NCBI GenBank assembly: GCA_013265495.1
Contig: MU058463.1
Coordinates: 1,449,523 to 1,513,522, forward strand
Length of the DNA: 64,000 nucleotides
Direction of reading: 5' to 3'
Source: Vicugna vicugna
Taxonomy: Eukaryota
The notes under the pieces were generated by a model, which was not told the DNA's origin, ran no database searches, and was given only the letters and a program-made list of their open reading frames with translations. A program made the translations under genes and the position numbers. Of the stretch, positions 51,540-63,052 are shown in pieces (the stretch's first letter is position 1; each line of letters begins with the position of its first letter).

Positions 51540-51960
51540 TATTTACTCCTGAAGCCTACCAGCTCCAAACCTTGATCCAGGGATTATCCATCAGTCCAGG
51601 CATTTAATCGTGTTTACTAATGGCTCTTTTACATCAGCACATAAATACTCTCTAGTTGCTCCCATTAAATATAAACCTTTCCAAGCTTTACATGCCTCTC
51701 TAGGTTTTGCCTCTGAATTTTCTTTCCTTTTATAATCAAGTCTCTAAAAAAGCAGCTTTCCTTATTGTCTGTCTCTAACTCGGTTCCCTAAAATACACTC
51801 TCTGGCTCCACCTCCTAACAATGACCTTTAAGTGACTACATTTGATGCCTTCTCATCCTTGGCCTTGCCTGATGCCCTTGAATATGACTGGGGTTCCCTC
51901 CCCTGAGCTCTCATAACATGCTGTGCTCATCTGTATCATTGCATTTAATACACTCTCTCA
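51540..51960 (+). mobile_element. L2 fragment (degraded)
   Basis: catcagcacataaatactctctagt..ctcccatta; aacaatgacctt..ttctcatcctt. Confidence 0.45.
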
Positions 51961-53329
51961 TAGTTATCTTTTCATATATTTATCTCACGCCCCCTTTACT
52001 CCTTGCTTCCAACACGTCTGTTGTTACTTTCTTCTAAGTATTACCTCTGTCTGTTGCCTCATGGTCATCCTAGTCCAATTCAGGACTTCAGAATTCCTTC
52101 TCAAAAGAAACTGATGCATCAAAATAGATTGTTTATCCTTTTACCCTTATAGTTCTTCTAGAATAAACGTTCTACCAAGGAAACTGATCACATTAAATGA
52201 CTGAACACATGCATTTGAATTTACCGCAGATCCCCCAGTTTTCTCAGGAAAACAATGAAAAGGATGGAAAGGTAAACTATGACATACTGGGTAGGTCCTA
52301 GAAACTAGAGCAAGGAGGATTCGATAAAGGGGTAGAGAAACATCCCCGGGTGAATGATAGGAAACCCACCACCCAGGGAGGGTCCTCAGCTCCTTCCTCA
52401 GTGAGCCCAGGCAGTTTGACAGCACAAGACACAGCACAAGGAGAGGATGCATCGACATTCAAAGTTTCCCAGACCTGTCAGGGACTTAAGAAAACGGTTA
52501 AGAAAATTCATGAGATAAAAACAAGAAAGTCCTAAAAGTTGTTTTATGCTTTTTCATTGTTCTGCAAAAAAAAAAAAAGGAGAAGAAGAAGACATTACAA
52601 AGCGGCCATGATACATCATTGCTTTGATGACTCCCTAGCGTGGCAAGCATATGCTGAGGGAAGTAGTTTGTGGTGAAAGGTATGACCACCTCCCTTCCAA
52701 CAAAGAGCTGCACCAAGTCTTACGAGGCCAATATCTCCAACTCTTCATTTCACTTGTGCTCAAAATTAGGACAAAGACAGTATCATATCCCTGTAGATGT
52801 CCGTATATAATGCATTATTTCTTAGATTCAATTTATTTTTAACTTCATGAGCTTAGATATAGGAGAGATGGTTTCATAAGATTGCTTTTTAAGTGAGCTA
52901 TTATTGTGTAAAAGATTAGATATATAAATTCTATGCCCCAAATTATAATGATGATTTTTATTACAGATTCCACAAATTTCTATAAAAAGTCTGTATATTG
53001 GGCCTAGAAGCTGAGATTATTTTAAAATGATTACCATACAATAATGGCCAAATGTTTTTAAGGGGGAAAAAGAAAGACTTAATTGTGGCAGAGGAAATTG
53101 TATTGCTGTTGGAACCACCATCTGAATACGAGAAGGAAACTCCTGATTGTGTAACTGGATTTTTCAACTGCAGGTGCAAGGAATAGAGAATTTTCTGCAT
53201 GGAGTATTTACGGCATAGAATTAATAGATAGAAGAATAAAATCATAGTTGGCTCTAGCTGTGACTGTGGCTCCACTAACCGTAGGGACCACCTTTGCTGA
53301 ATGACATCCTCATGACAAAATCACAGCTG

Positions 53330-53830
53330 TCTGGGACCTTAGGGACATAGTGGCCAGGCTATGACCCTGTGTAATAGTATCTTACCCTGCATCCCTGACA
53401 GATGGCCGGTCCGGCTCCAGCTGGAACTCAGCACCTCAGAAAATAACCCTGCTCACTTCTGGACCTTTCAAGAGGTTAAAAGGCTTCACTTAAAAAATTT
53501 CAGTCATTTCTATCATTGGGTCTTTATCTGTTCTAGTTTTGTCATACATTAGAGACCCCAAAAATCTCCACATTTGATGGGATAACCTTTCACATATTTT
53601 GTTACATCTATTATCAAGCCTTTCCTTTTGGGGGGCTAACACATCCCCAATTTTTAAACTATTTTATGTTTGGCATGATTTCCAGAATCTTCACAATTTT
53701 TATCTTCCTCTGTTAGGCAAATTCACCTTTCCAAAACTTGTCTTAAAGTGTGGTGTCTATAGCCAGACCTAGTATTCAGATGTAGTTTGACCCTTAAGAA
53801 TGTAAAGAAACTACTAATTCCTATATTTTA
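53330..53830 (-). mobile_element. L3/CR1 LINE remnant
   Basis: catccctgacagatggccg..ggctaacacatcccc..ggcatgatttccag..tcttaaagtgtggtg..tattcagatgtagtttgacc. Confidence 0.65.
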
Positions 53831-54225
53831 AAGCATGTAGCTGTATTAATCACCCTAAAAAGAGAACAAGTGGGCCTGTTATGTTTTTAGCCATTGTTGG
53901 TGCACATTCACTCATTTTTAAAAAGCAGAATCTTTTGCACAGAAAATGATTTCAAATACAATTTTTAAAACATATATATTCCCTATAGGCTTATATCTCA
54001 TGCATTCCATTCATATTACAGTACAAATAGTCTGACTGAAGTGTGGATGAGTACATGAAGAAAAGTGCAGATTTTTACTAAGGTAGTTTAATAAGCAAAC
54101 ATAAAAGCATCTTTCCGGTTGAAAACGCTAAATATTGTAAATACACTGAATTTCCTAAAAATATTTATTAAATGAATGCATCTCATATATTCCCTATAGA
54201 ACTTTTTAAAGATCTTAACAAAATG

Positions 54226-54279
54226 GGGGGGTGGGTAGAGGGTGGGAAGGGATAGAAAGAAAAAAAAAAAAAGAAAAAA
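54226..54279 (+). mobile_element. Ultra-short L1-mediated retroinsertion (G-tract + poly-A)
   Basis: Perfect 18-bp TSD aaagatcttaacaaaatg at 54208-54225 and 54280-54297, at a TTTTT/AAAG site, with an A-rich tail. Confidence 0.9.
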
Positions 54280-54789
54280 AAAGATCTTAACAAAATGTTT
54301 CTGAGATTCATCAATATGTGGCTAGAAACAGGCATTTGAGGAAATGAAGTAAGTGAGAATTCGTAACATCAAATATTAAGACATATGATAAAACTCCAAT
54401 AATTTAAACAGTGGGATCTGGGTCTAGAATACACAGAAATCAGAATTCATAGTCCCAAAGCAGACAATGTATTGTATTAAACATATATATATAGAGAGGA
54501 AGGTTTTTCATCACTCATCAGTGGAAAGAGAGAATATTACTCCAGAAAATTTTGACTCCTTATTCATTTCTGGTGAGATTATAAAATTGGCACAATATTT
54601 CAAGAAAGAATTTTTAAAATATTTGTCAAATCTTTAAAAATATTCTACATTTTATACAGCAAATTCTTGTCTAAAATAATCAAATATTTGGACCAAGGAC
54701 AGAATAGAATAGGCTATTTTATAGGAAAAAAAGGAAAATTGCATAAATTCTAGTAGTGGAAGGAATAAAAAAGTGTGTTCCACATGCTG

Positions 54790-54957
54790 ATAAGCAAACA
54801 CTAGTTTCTATAAGAAGCAACCTCCAGATACAATGCTTCAAATATAAAGAACTTACTTTATATAAGTATAAACTACACGTTTCTGATTAGTGGCAGCTCT
54901 TCTCTAATCCATGATTCAGGGACCCATGTGCCTTCCAGTTTATGGCTCTGCCTTTTT
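54790..54957 (-). mobile_element. MLT1J/K-like LTR, left part
   Basis: gattcagggacccatgtgccttccagtttatggctctgcc is a typical old MLT1 motif. Confidence 0.65.
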
Positions 54958-55552
54958 TTTTTCCTATGTTTATCTTTTTTTTTAATTGAAATATAGTTGA
55001 TTTACAATGTTGTTTTAGTTTCTGGTGTATGAATCAATATGATTAATCAGTTATACATATACATTTTTTCATATTATTTTGTTTTATAGTTATTGCAAAG
55101 TATTGAATATAGTTCCCTATGCTAAACAGTAGGACCCTACTGTTTATCTGTTTTATGTATAGTAGTTTGTATCTGCAAACCCTAGACTCCTAATTTATCC
55201 CTCTCCACCTTTCTTTCCTCACTGGTAACCATAGGTTTGTTATCTGTATCTGTGAGTATGTTTCTGTTTTGTAAATAAGTTCACCTGTGCCATTTTTTTA
55301 AGATTCCACATATAAGTGATATTATATGATATTTGTCTTTCTCTGTCTGATTTACTTCACTTAGTATGATAATCTCTAGGTTCATCCATGTTGCTGCAAT
55401 GGCATTATTTTATTCTTTTTTATGGCTGAGTAATATTCTCTCTATATATATACACCAAAACTTCTTTATCCAGTCATCTGTTGATGGATATTTAGGTTGC
55501 TTCCCATGCACTCCAATGTTCATAACAGCACTATTTACAATAGACAAGACAA
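54958..55552 (-). mobile_element. LINE-1 3' end with a 5' inversion
   Basis: Antisense L1 runs to ~55503, then a sense segment at 55504-55551. TSD ggctct(g/a)ccttttt at 54944-54957 and 55553-55566. Confidence 0.9.
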
Positions 55553-55990
55553 GGCTCTACCTTTTTCAATCCATGGCTTCCAATGAAGCCACTCTCCTTC
55601 TGACAGAAGACAAAAGCTCTTGAAATAACACATGTCTATGTTACATTCTATTCACAGTCCATTTGCAGGAACTCACACACAGCCGCATCTAGCTTCCCAG
55701 GAAGCTGAGAAGGGAGTTGAGCTGTAGGTATTGGATGAAAGGAAGTTACATCTAGTGAACAACTAAGCTATGGCACCATAGTCTCCCCTTGGGACTTCGA
55801 ATTTACCTTTTTTTTTTCTGAACAGAGAATACCCACTGCTCCTCCAGGGAAACAACCAAATTGCCCATCTCAAAGGCAGGGCTCACTAAATGAGGGACGT
55901 TCTCTCCATCAGATCTGCTATAAAGTTCCTTGTGGGTGCAGTGGTCTATGAAGTGAAAGGACCAATTATTTCTTGCTCCACAGATAAGAT
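55553..55990 (-). mobile_element. MLT1J/K-like LTR remainder plus MaLR internal start
   Basis: cacagtccatttgcaggaactca..gcatctagcttcccaggaagctgagaa; ctctccatcagatctg..ctatgaagtgaaagg. Confidence 0.55.
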
Positions 55991-56017
55991 CACTTCAGGG
56001 GGAAGAAAGAGAGAAAG

Positions 56018-56724
56018 AGGGAGAGAAAGGAAGAAAGGAAGAAAGGAAGGAAGAAAGGAAGAAAAGAAGAAAGGAAGAAAGGAAAGGAAGGAAGGAAGGA
56101 AGGAAGGAAGGAAGGAAGGAAGGAAGAAAGAAAGAGAGAAAGAAAGAAAGAAAGGGAAAGAAAGAAGGAAAAGACAGCAAGAAAGAAAGAAACACTATTT
56201 GGAAAAACCTTAGGAAGAAATGGATTCTTAGCCTGTAGCAATTATGAACTCTGAGCAGACATCTGGGGGGCCTAAAGATTATTTTAAGGCTTAAGCAGTG
56301 ACAGTTTTGGTTTTGTCCAGGTCTGCGCTCTTCCATCAAATAATTGCTAGGCTTCTGTTCTTTTGCTTTGTTACATTAAGTTCTCAGAACTTATAGTGCA
56401 GGGAGAGAAAGGAAGAAAGGAAGAAAGGAAGGAAGAAAGGAAGGAAGGAAGGAAGAAAGAGAGAAAGAAAGAAAGAAAGGGAAAGAAAGAAAGAAAAGAC
56501 AGCGAGAAAGAAAGAAACACTATTTGGAAAAACCTTAGGAAGAAATAGATTCTTAGCCTGTAGCAATTATGAACTCTGAGCAGACATTTGGGGGGCCTAA
56601 AGATTATTTTAAGGCTTAAGCAGTGACAGTTTTGGTTTTGTCCAGGTCTGCACTCTTCCATCAAATAATTGCTAGGCTTCTGTTCTTTTGCTTTGTTACA
56701 TTAAGTTCTCAGAACTTATAGTGC
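56018..56724. repeat. Tandem duplication (382 + 325 bp), each copy a GGAA/GAAA microsatellite plus ~230 bp unique sequence
   Basis: Copies at 56018-56399 and 56400-56724. There are 4 transitions in the unique part, and the microsatellite lengths differ. Confidence 0.93.
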
Positions 56725-56746
56725 TTTTGAAACATTTTTCTTACTC

Positions 56747-57494
56747 NNNNNNNNNNNNNNNNNNNNNNNNNNNNNNNNNNNNNNNNNNNNNNNNNNNNNN
56801 NNNNNNNNNNNNNNNNNNNNNNNNNNNNNNNNNNNNNNNNNNNNNNNNNNNNNNNNNNNNNNNNNNNNNNNNNNNNNNNNNNNNNNNNNNNNNNNNNNNN
56901 NNNNNNNNNNNNNNNNNNNNNNNNNNNNNNNNNNNNNNNNNNNNNNNNNNNNNNNNNNNNNNNNNNNNNNNNNNNNNNNNNNNNNNNNNNNNNNNNNNNN
57001 NNNNNNNNNNNNNNNNNNNNNNNNNNNNNNNNNNNNNNNNNNNNNNNNNNNNNNNNNNNNNNNNNNNNNNNNNNNNNNNNNNNNNNNNNNNNNNNNNNNN
57101 NNNNNNNNNNNNNNNNNNNNNNNNNNNNNNNNNNNNNNNNNNNNNNNNNNNNNNNNNNNNNNNNNNNNNNNNNNNNNNNNNNNNNNNNNNNNNNNNNNNN
57201 NNNNNNNNNNNNNNNNNNNNNNNNNNNNNNNNNNNNNNNNNNNNNNNNNNNNNNNNNNNNNNNNNNNNNNNNNNNNNNNNNNNNNNNNNNNNNNNNNNNN
57301 NNNNNNNNNNNNNNNNNNNNNNNNNNNNNNNNNNNNNNNNNNNNNNNNNNNNNNNNNNNNNNNNNNNNNNNNNNNNNNNNNNNNNNNNNNNNNNNNNNNN
57401 NNNNNNNNNNNNNNNNNNNNNNNNNNNNNNNNNNNNNNNNNNNNNNNNNNNNNNNNNNNNNNNNNNNNNNNNNNNNNNNNNNNNNNNNNNNNNN
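56747..57494. other. Assembly gap (748 N)
   Basis: Run of N. Confidence 1.
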
Positions 57495-57511
57495 TCTTTC
57501 TTTCTTTCTTC

Positions 57512-57564
<53 letters not shown>

Positions 57565-57624
57565 TTTCTTTCTTCCTTCCTTCCTTCCTTCCTTCCTTCC
57601 TTCCTTCCTTCCTTTCTTTCTTTC
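57495..57624. repeat. (TTTC)n(TTCC)n microsatellite
   Basis: Read directly from the sequence. Confidence 0.97.
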
Positions 57625-60600
57625 TTATTATTCCCTTCCTTATTTTGGCTTATTTGTTTTAAAAAACCTAATTCTGTGTATCACATTATCTTTTTATGTT
57701 TCTTCTTTAATGATTTTATTTAAGTAGCTCGTTTGTTTGATTTTTTAATCATGTAAGAAAATGTGTCCTACCTGAAAAGCTTATCCAAAAGTGTTCCCTG
57801 GTATCACTTAGCTTGTTCTGAACTGTCTCTCCTTTTTACCTTTTCTTTTTTACTTTTAAATATCTGTGCACAGATCTCTTGTTGGATTTGCTCTATCTAT
57901 AGTTCATCGTCAAATGGCCACAGATAACTAAAATGCCCCTACAAAGCCCCACAAGGATAAATCTATGATTTTACCTATTTTATTAGTTTTGTTCTCATGG
58001 TTCCTGGTGAACTCTTCTGCAATGTATATATAAACCTTTAATTGACATTTTTACAATTTTTTGAGTGATAAGGAGATGTGATAAATATGGAGAATTGCAT
58101 TCATGGCCTCATTTCCCTTTAGTTTTTATGTGTGCATTTGTTAAATCTGTGAAATACAATGCCAGATTCTAGACTCTGCATTGACAGTTCTCTGTCTTGG
58201 TACAGGAATAGCATTGACCTCTAAGATCAAATTTACCTTGTGAAACTTCTGCCACCAAAACTCTTAACCCAATTTATTGGGCTGCCACTTGCCAGTCTGA
58301 TAAACCATCCCCTCCTGACATATGAACACGACCACTGAGATGGTTTCACTAGTTACTATCACTAGAGATACAGAGTCTTAACTAGCATGTTGACCTCAAG
58401 TACTTTCCTTAACTTGATCTTATATATTCTGTATCTGGCCGATATTCTCAAATGGACTGGCATTTTAGTGACTTCCATGGTTTTAATCATAAATGCAAGT
58501 TCTCTTTTATTCTGTATTTCAGAGGTAAGAAAGAGACGATAAACCACACATGTGTCCTCATGTCCCCATGTTTCCTCATAATTTGTGAATCACAACTTTT
58601 GAAAATAGTAAATACTTAAATTTCTGGAACTTTAGAAAGAGAAAAATTAAATAAGAAGAAAGCAAGCAAGGCCTTCCACATAGCAAACACACTCATGGAT
58701 TTCTCTTCTCAAATTCAAATATGGAGGAATGATTATAAAGCTACAGGAAGCGAAACTGTACTTTCTCACCCAATGTTCAACTGAATCTACTTGTATTTCT
58801 GTAACACATAGCTCAGTTAAATATGAATTAATCTCCATATCAAGTTCTTGGGAGGAAGAGAAGCAAGAACAAATGGATTGTTTTATTATCAGTGAATATT
58901 ATATTGGACTGTTTCGCTTTGGTGAAGAGAAGGTAGGTAAGATCATTTAGACTAGATGATACGGTACATTTCTGAGTGTTGTTATTTTGTGTATTATGGT
59001 TTTGTCAAGTTAAATGTAAACTATCATTTATTTTACTAATTTTACTAACAGTTCTCTGCACTTGAAGAGCATCCATATTGCCAGTCTCTATTACGGTTAT
59101 ATAATTTTATCCTAAGAGAGCCCACTGGTTCTGAAGAACAGAGATGTAATGAGTCATTTAATTCAAAGACACTGGACACTATATTGATGGAATAAGTAGT
59201 TCCCAGAATACTGACAGTACTTGAAATAGGCTTTGGGTTAGTGATTTGTGATAACCGGTCTTAAGTACTCACAAATGGAGTGCGAACACACAGCAAAATA
59301 GGAAGAAAACCTAAACAAATTGTCAGTTGTTTTCAGGAACCCTCTAATACATAGATAAGACTACACTTTTCATATTTGCAGATGAAAGTAAATTAACTAT
59401 AATAAGCTTCTAACTGGGTTTTACCTGAGGAGTGGAGGTGGTGTTAACATTTGAAAATGCAAAGGTATTTAAATGAATCCTATTAAATCTACCATAGCAA
59501 CTCTCAGCCCAAAAGCAATTTGTATTTTGTTGTTGTACATGTTGATATAAAAGAAAAGAACATAACGAACTGAAGTTTTTCCCCCAAAGGAACTTGACCT
59601 CCTTAGTGGGGAAAAAAAAAAACGAAAAATAAAATTAAAAACAGCTGTTTGGCCTAAAGGAAGAAAAGGATTCCCCAATGACAAATTTACAATCAAGAGG
59701 AAATTGGGTCCAAAGAAATGAAATGAAGACAGCCAATACAAATGTCTCTAAATTTATACAAAATAGTTAAAGTATCAAAGGACAGGAAAGAGAAATGTCT
59801 CCCAAAAAACCAAACTTTACAATTACTCTCCAAAAGGAACAAGGAGGAAAAAGAAACAAACTATAGTATTTGTATATATTATGCATTTCTGAATTTTCTT
59901 TTAAACTGCTACAAAGTTCCAATGTATCTTTAGCATATACTTTACACAGCTACATCAAAGATGGGCTAATGCTAAGCCCTAACTCTAACCACATCACAGC
60001 CTGCATCTTGGATGGAGAGACATGAGATACGTGCTATAACAAGAGATAAACAACATTTTTGAAATGGTAGGTAAATGGAATAAAAAATATAGATCTGACT
60101 TCTTAATCAATTAAATTAAAACCAAAGTCTGAGAAGGAATTAGAATCAGAGTGGTAGTGAAATCTGGGCCAGTATTGATCAACTCAGTTCATCCATAAAC
60201 TACAAATTGACTTTCTTTCTTCATATAAAAAAAAACTTCATTATTACATATAAATGCACAAATATTTTCAGTGTGCCACCCCTTGCTCTCACAAAGAGTA
60301 GCCTAAAATCTTTAACATGTGCTATGCTTGCAATCTATGTCCTTCATTGACAGACATAAATACCAAATTTCTCACAAACTTCTAGATACTTAGGATTCAA
60401 TTTGAAGATGAATCAAAAGCCTCAGAATATAATCCCAAGGCCTTTGTTTAATAAATGTGTTTTATTTTAGCCTGCTTTAGCATCATATCCCAAATGATAG
60501 GGCTCATTTTTCATTCAGTTGATTCACTTTAGTTCTTTCCATTGGGAGAGGTGGAAATTAAATCTTGACAATGTTGATTAAGATCTCATGGAATCCTAAG

Positions 60601-62289
60601 GACTCCATCTTCAGTTATCACTTTGTGTCCCTGCCCTCAATTCCTGTCATTAACCTTTCCCTTCACCTGCCACAACATGAAATGGTTAGGAAAATTATGT
60701 TTCCTTCTAAACCAGAATGAAATTTTGCCAAACCGTGCTGTCAGAGAAGTACCTTGAAGGCATACATAAGTCATTGGATGAAAACTTTTGAGATTATTTT
60801 CTCTAATAAACACATTCAATTTTTTTTTAGTTAGGAAAAAAACTCCAACTTGTTAACACTTCCTTTAGTTATCTCTTAATGCTTTTAATAATTTACCCAT
60901 TGTTTGGTGCTCCATAAATATAATCACAAATATAAAATTTTAAAGTCCATTTATAAGATCTTTTGAATTGCCATCATATTAAAAATGGAATGTAGGTAAT
61001 TAACAATAACAGAAAAAATACTTTCAAATATCCATGCTATTTCCAATGGCAACAAATGATTTCTGCATGAATAATTAAGTACACAAAATGAATATTAACT
61101 GGGTCATTTTTTTCAGCATATCATGCTTATATCAACAGGAACAGAATAATGATAAGTGACTGTATCCCAATTCAGTAGAAAAAAACAGATTTGCAGATGT
61201 TGTGGCTTCTATCCAGAAGAGGCTAGACCCCCTGACAAAGAAACTCTCTGGTGGCCAGAAATGCTGAACACACATCCGGAAAGCAAGACACTCCAGCTTG
61301 ATGAGGACTCTGGAGTGCCCGGAGAGGCAAAGCCAGCCTCCAAGTTGAAAACTCACAGAATTTTCTCTAGTTGCTTTGCCTGAAATTTAAATTATATACA
61401 ACAGAATTTGGGGGTCTTTCTAACTAGACTGCAGGAAAAATAGGAAATAATTTTCTGAGACAACTGAAAGAAAACTGCTTTTCTTTCAAAGCATTGAGTA
61501 CAATATTTGCACATAAACATGAAACTCCCTCGGAAAGAGCCTCCTGGGCTGATACAGATGGTGCATAAAGAAAACGCATTATCTCTGTGAGCATCTCAAA
61601 AGCAAACTTGACCACACTCATAACAAAAGAGTCACAAAAGCACTAAGTTGTATAAATGGTTCTTCCAGCCCAGATTCTGACAGCCACAGTGGATGAAGAA
61701 CACCTTTTGGAATTGAACAACCAGGATTGTAATCTACAACCCGGAGCTGGGAACTAAATGTTCTTGAACATATTCAGTTTTTCTGCTTTTTGAAGACACT
61801 GGTTCCAAAAGGTTTCCAAGTGAATTTATGTAGCAGATATGTTGCATTTATTCAAGAATAATTCATTTATGTTCCTGTGTTTGTTAAGCAAATATATGTT
61901 ACAGAATATAAATATATATGTAAACACATACAACCTTAGAATTGCATAAAGTGAGCAGCATTATAAATGATTCCAGTTAAAGGTAAAAACACTTAATTTG
62001 ACACTAGTTTTTCCCACCCTTATTATCAATAAACACCAAATGCTCCTTATGTGTTTTTTAATCCTGAAAAAAGCTTGCAAGGCTGCCCTCTCCCTGATTT
62101 TTTCTTTGCACATCACCTCAAATTCTAGGAATGCATGTTTGGATATAATTATAACAAATTTTTAGCAGACTCAAAAGGATTTCATTACATTTTGCACGGA
62201 GCTGATTTTAGGAGAATCCAATTTGTTTCCCATCCCTGAGGTAATGTAAGTAGACTTTGTAAAGTCTTTAGTATTTTGTTTTAACCAAG

Positions 62290-62515
62290 TCAAATAGTTG
62301 TTTCAGAAGAAGCTAATATAATCTTGAGCTTTATCAATAGAATATGACATCTGAAATGAGGAAGCCGAGAATCTCTCTCTGCTCCGCTTAGATCATGTTG
62401 AAATACATGTCCATTCTTGGACTGTGCTTTCAGAGGAACATTGTTAAATCTGAGTTTTTCCAGAAAAGAGTGATATATTGATAAGGGAATTCAAAATCAT
62501 AGTTGAGGAGAACTA
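62290..62515 (+). mobile_element. L3/CR1 RT C-terminal remnant
   Basis: aagctaatataatcttgagctttatcaatagaa ~ KANAILGCINR; gtccattcttggac ~ VQFW; tccagaaaagagtga ~ QRRAT. Confidence 0.7.
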
Positions 62516-62853
62516 TAAAATGAACTATCCCAAAGAACCTGGTAAGCCCTACTATTTTATATTCCTATCAATCAATTAAAGTTAGATTACAAACAATATT
62601 TTTATAAGGTGTATTTAAAGTACATTGAAATAAGAAGCTCCGTGACTTCTCATTCAAGTTTGTTTACAAGTCAAAATCCATTGACCTAATAAATCAAGTT
62701 TGAATTCAGAATCTAATTATATCATATAAAGTACATTTTATATCATACATATATAAAAGTGCACATTCCTCATTTATTTTTAGTAGAAATTATGATTTTT
62801 TTCTTCCATCTATGACAGACAGAATTTTGCACTCTAATTATAGAAAAATGAAC

Positions 62854-63052
62854 TTTTTACAGGAGCTAGATTTTCTGTATTCTATGGGTGCCTAGATTCT
62901 ACAAAGCAAAATGTATTTTTAGAATATAATTAGAAGAAAGGAATTTGATTATTTTTTACAAGAGCTCAGATTTTCTATAGTCTAAAGGTGCCTAGATTTT
63001 ACAAACCAAAATTTATTTTTACAGCATAATTAAAACAAATGAATTTTATCAT
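62854..63052. repeat. Old tandem duplication, ~99-bp period
   Basis: tttttacaRgagct(c)agattttctRtaKtcta..ggtgcctagattYtacaaaScaaaatKtattttta starts at both 62854 and 62953. Confidence 0.85.

Noticed and set aside
55890..56664. K/E/R-rich and S/F/L-rich ORFs
   Set aside because: Translations of GGAA/GAAA microsatellites.
56688..57662. 324-aa ORF
   Set aside because: Artefact of translating the N gap and a microsatellite.
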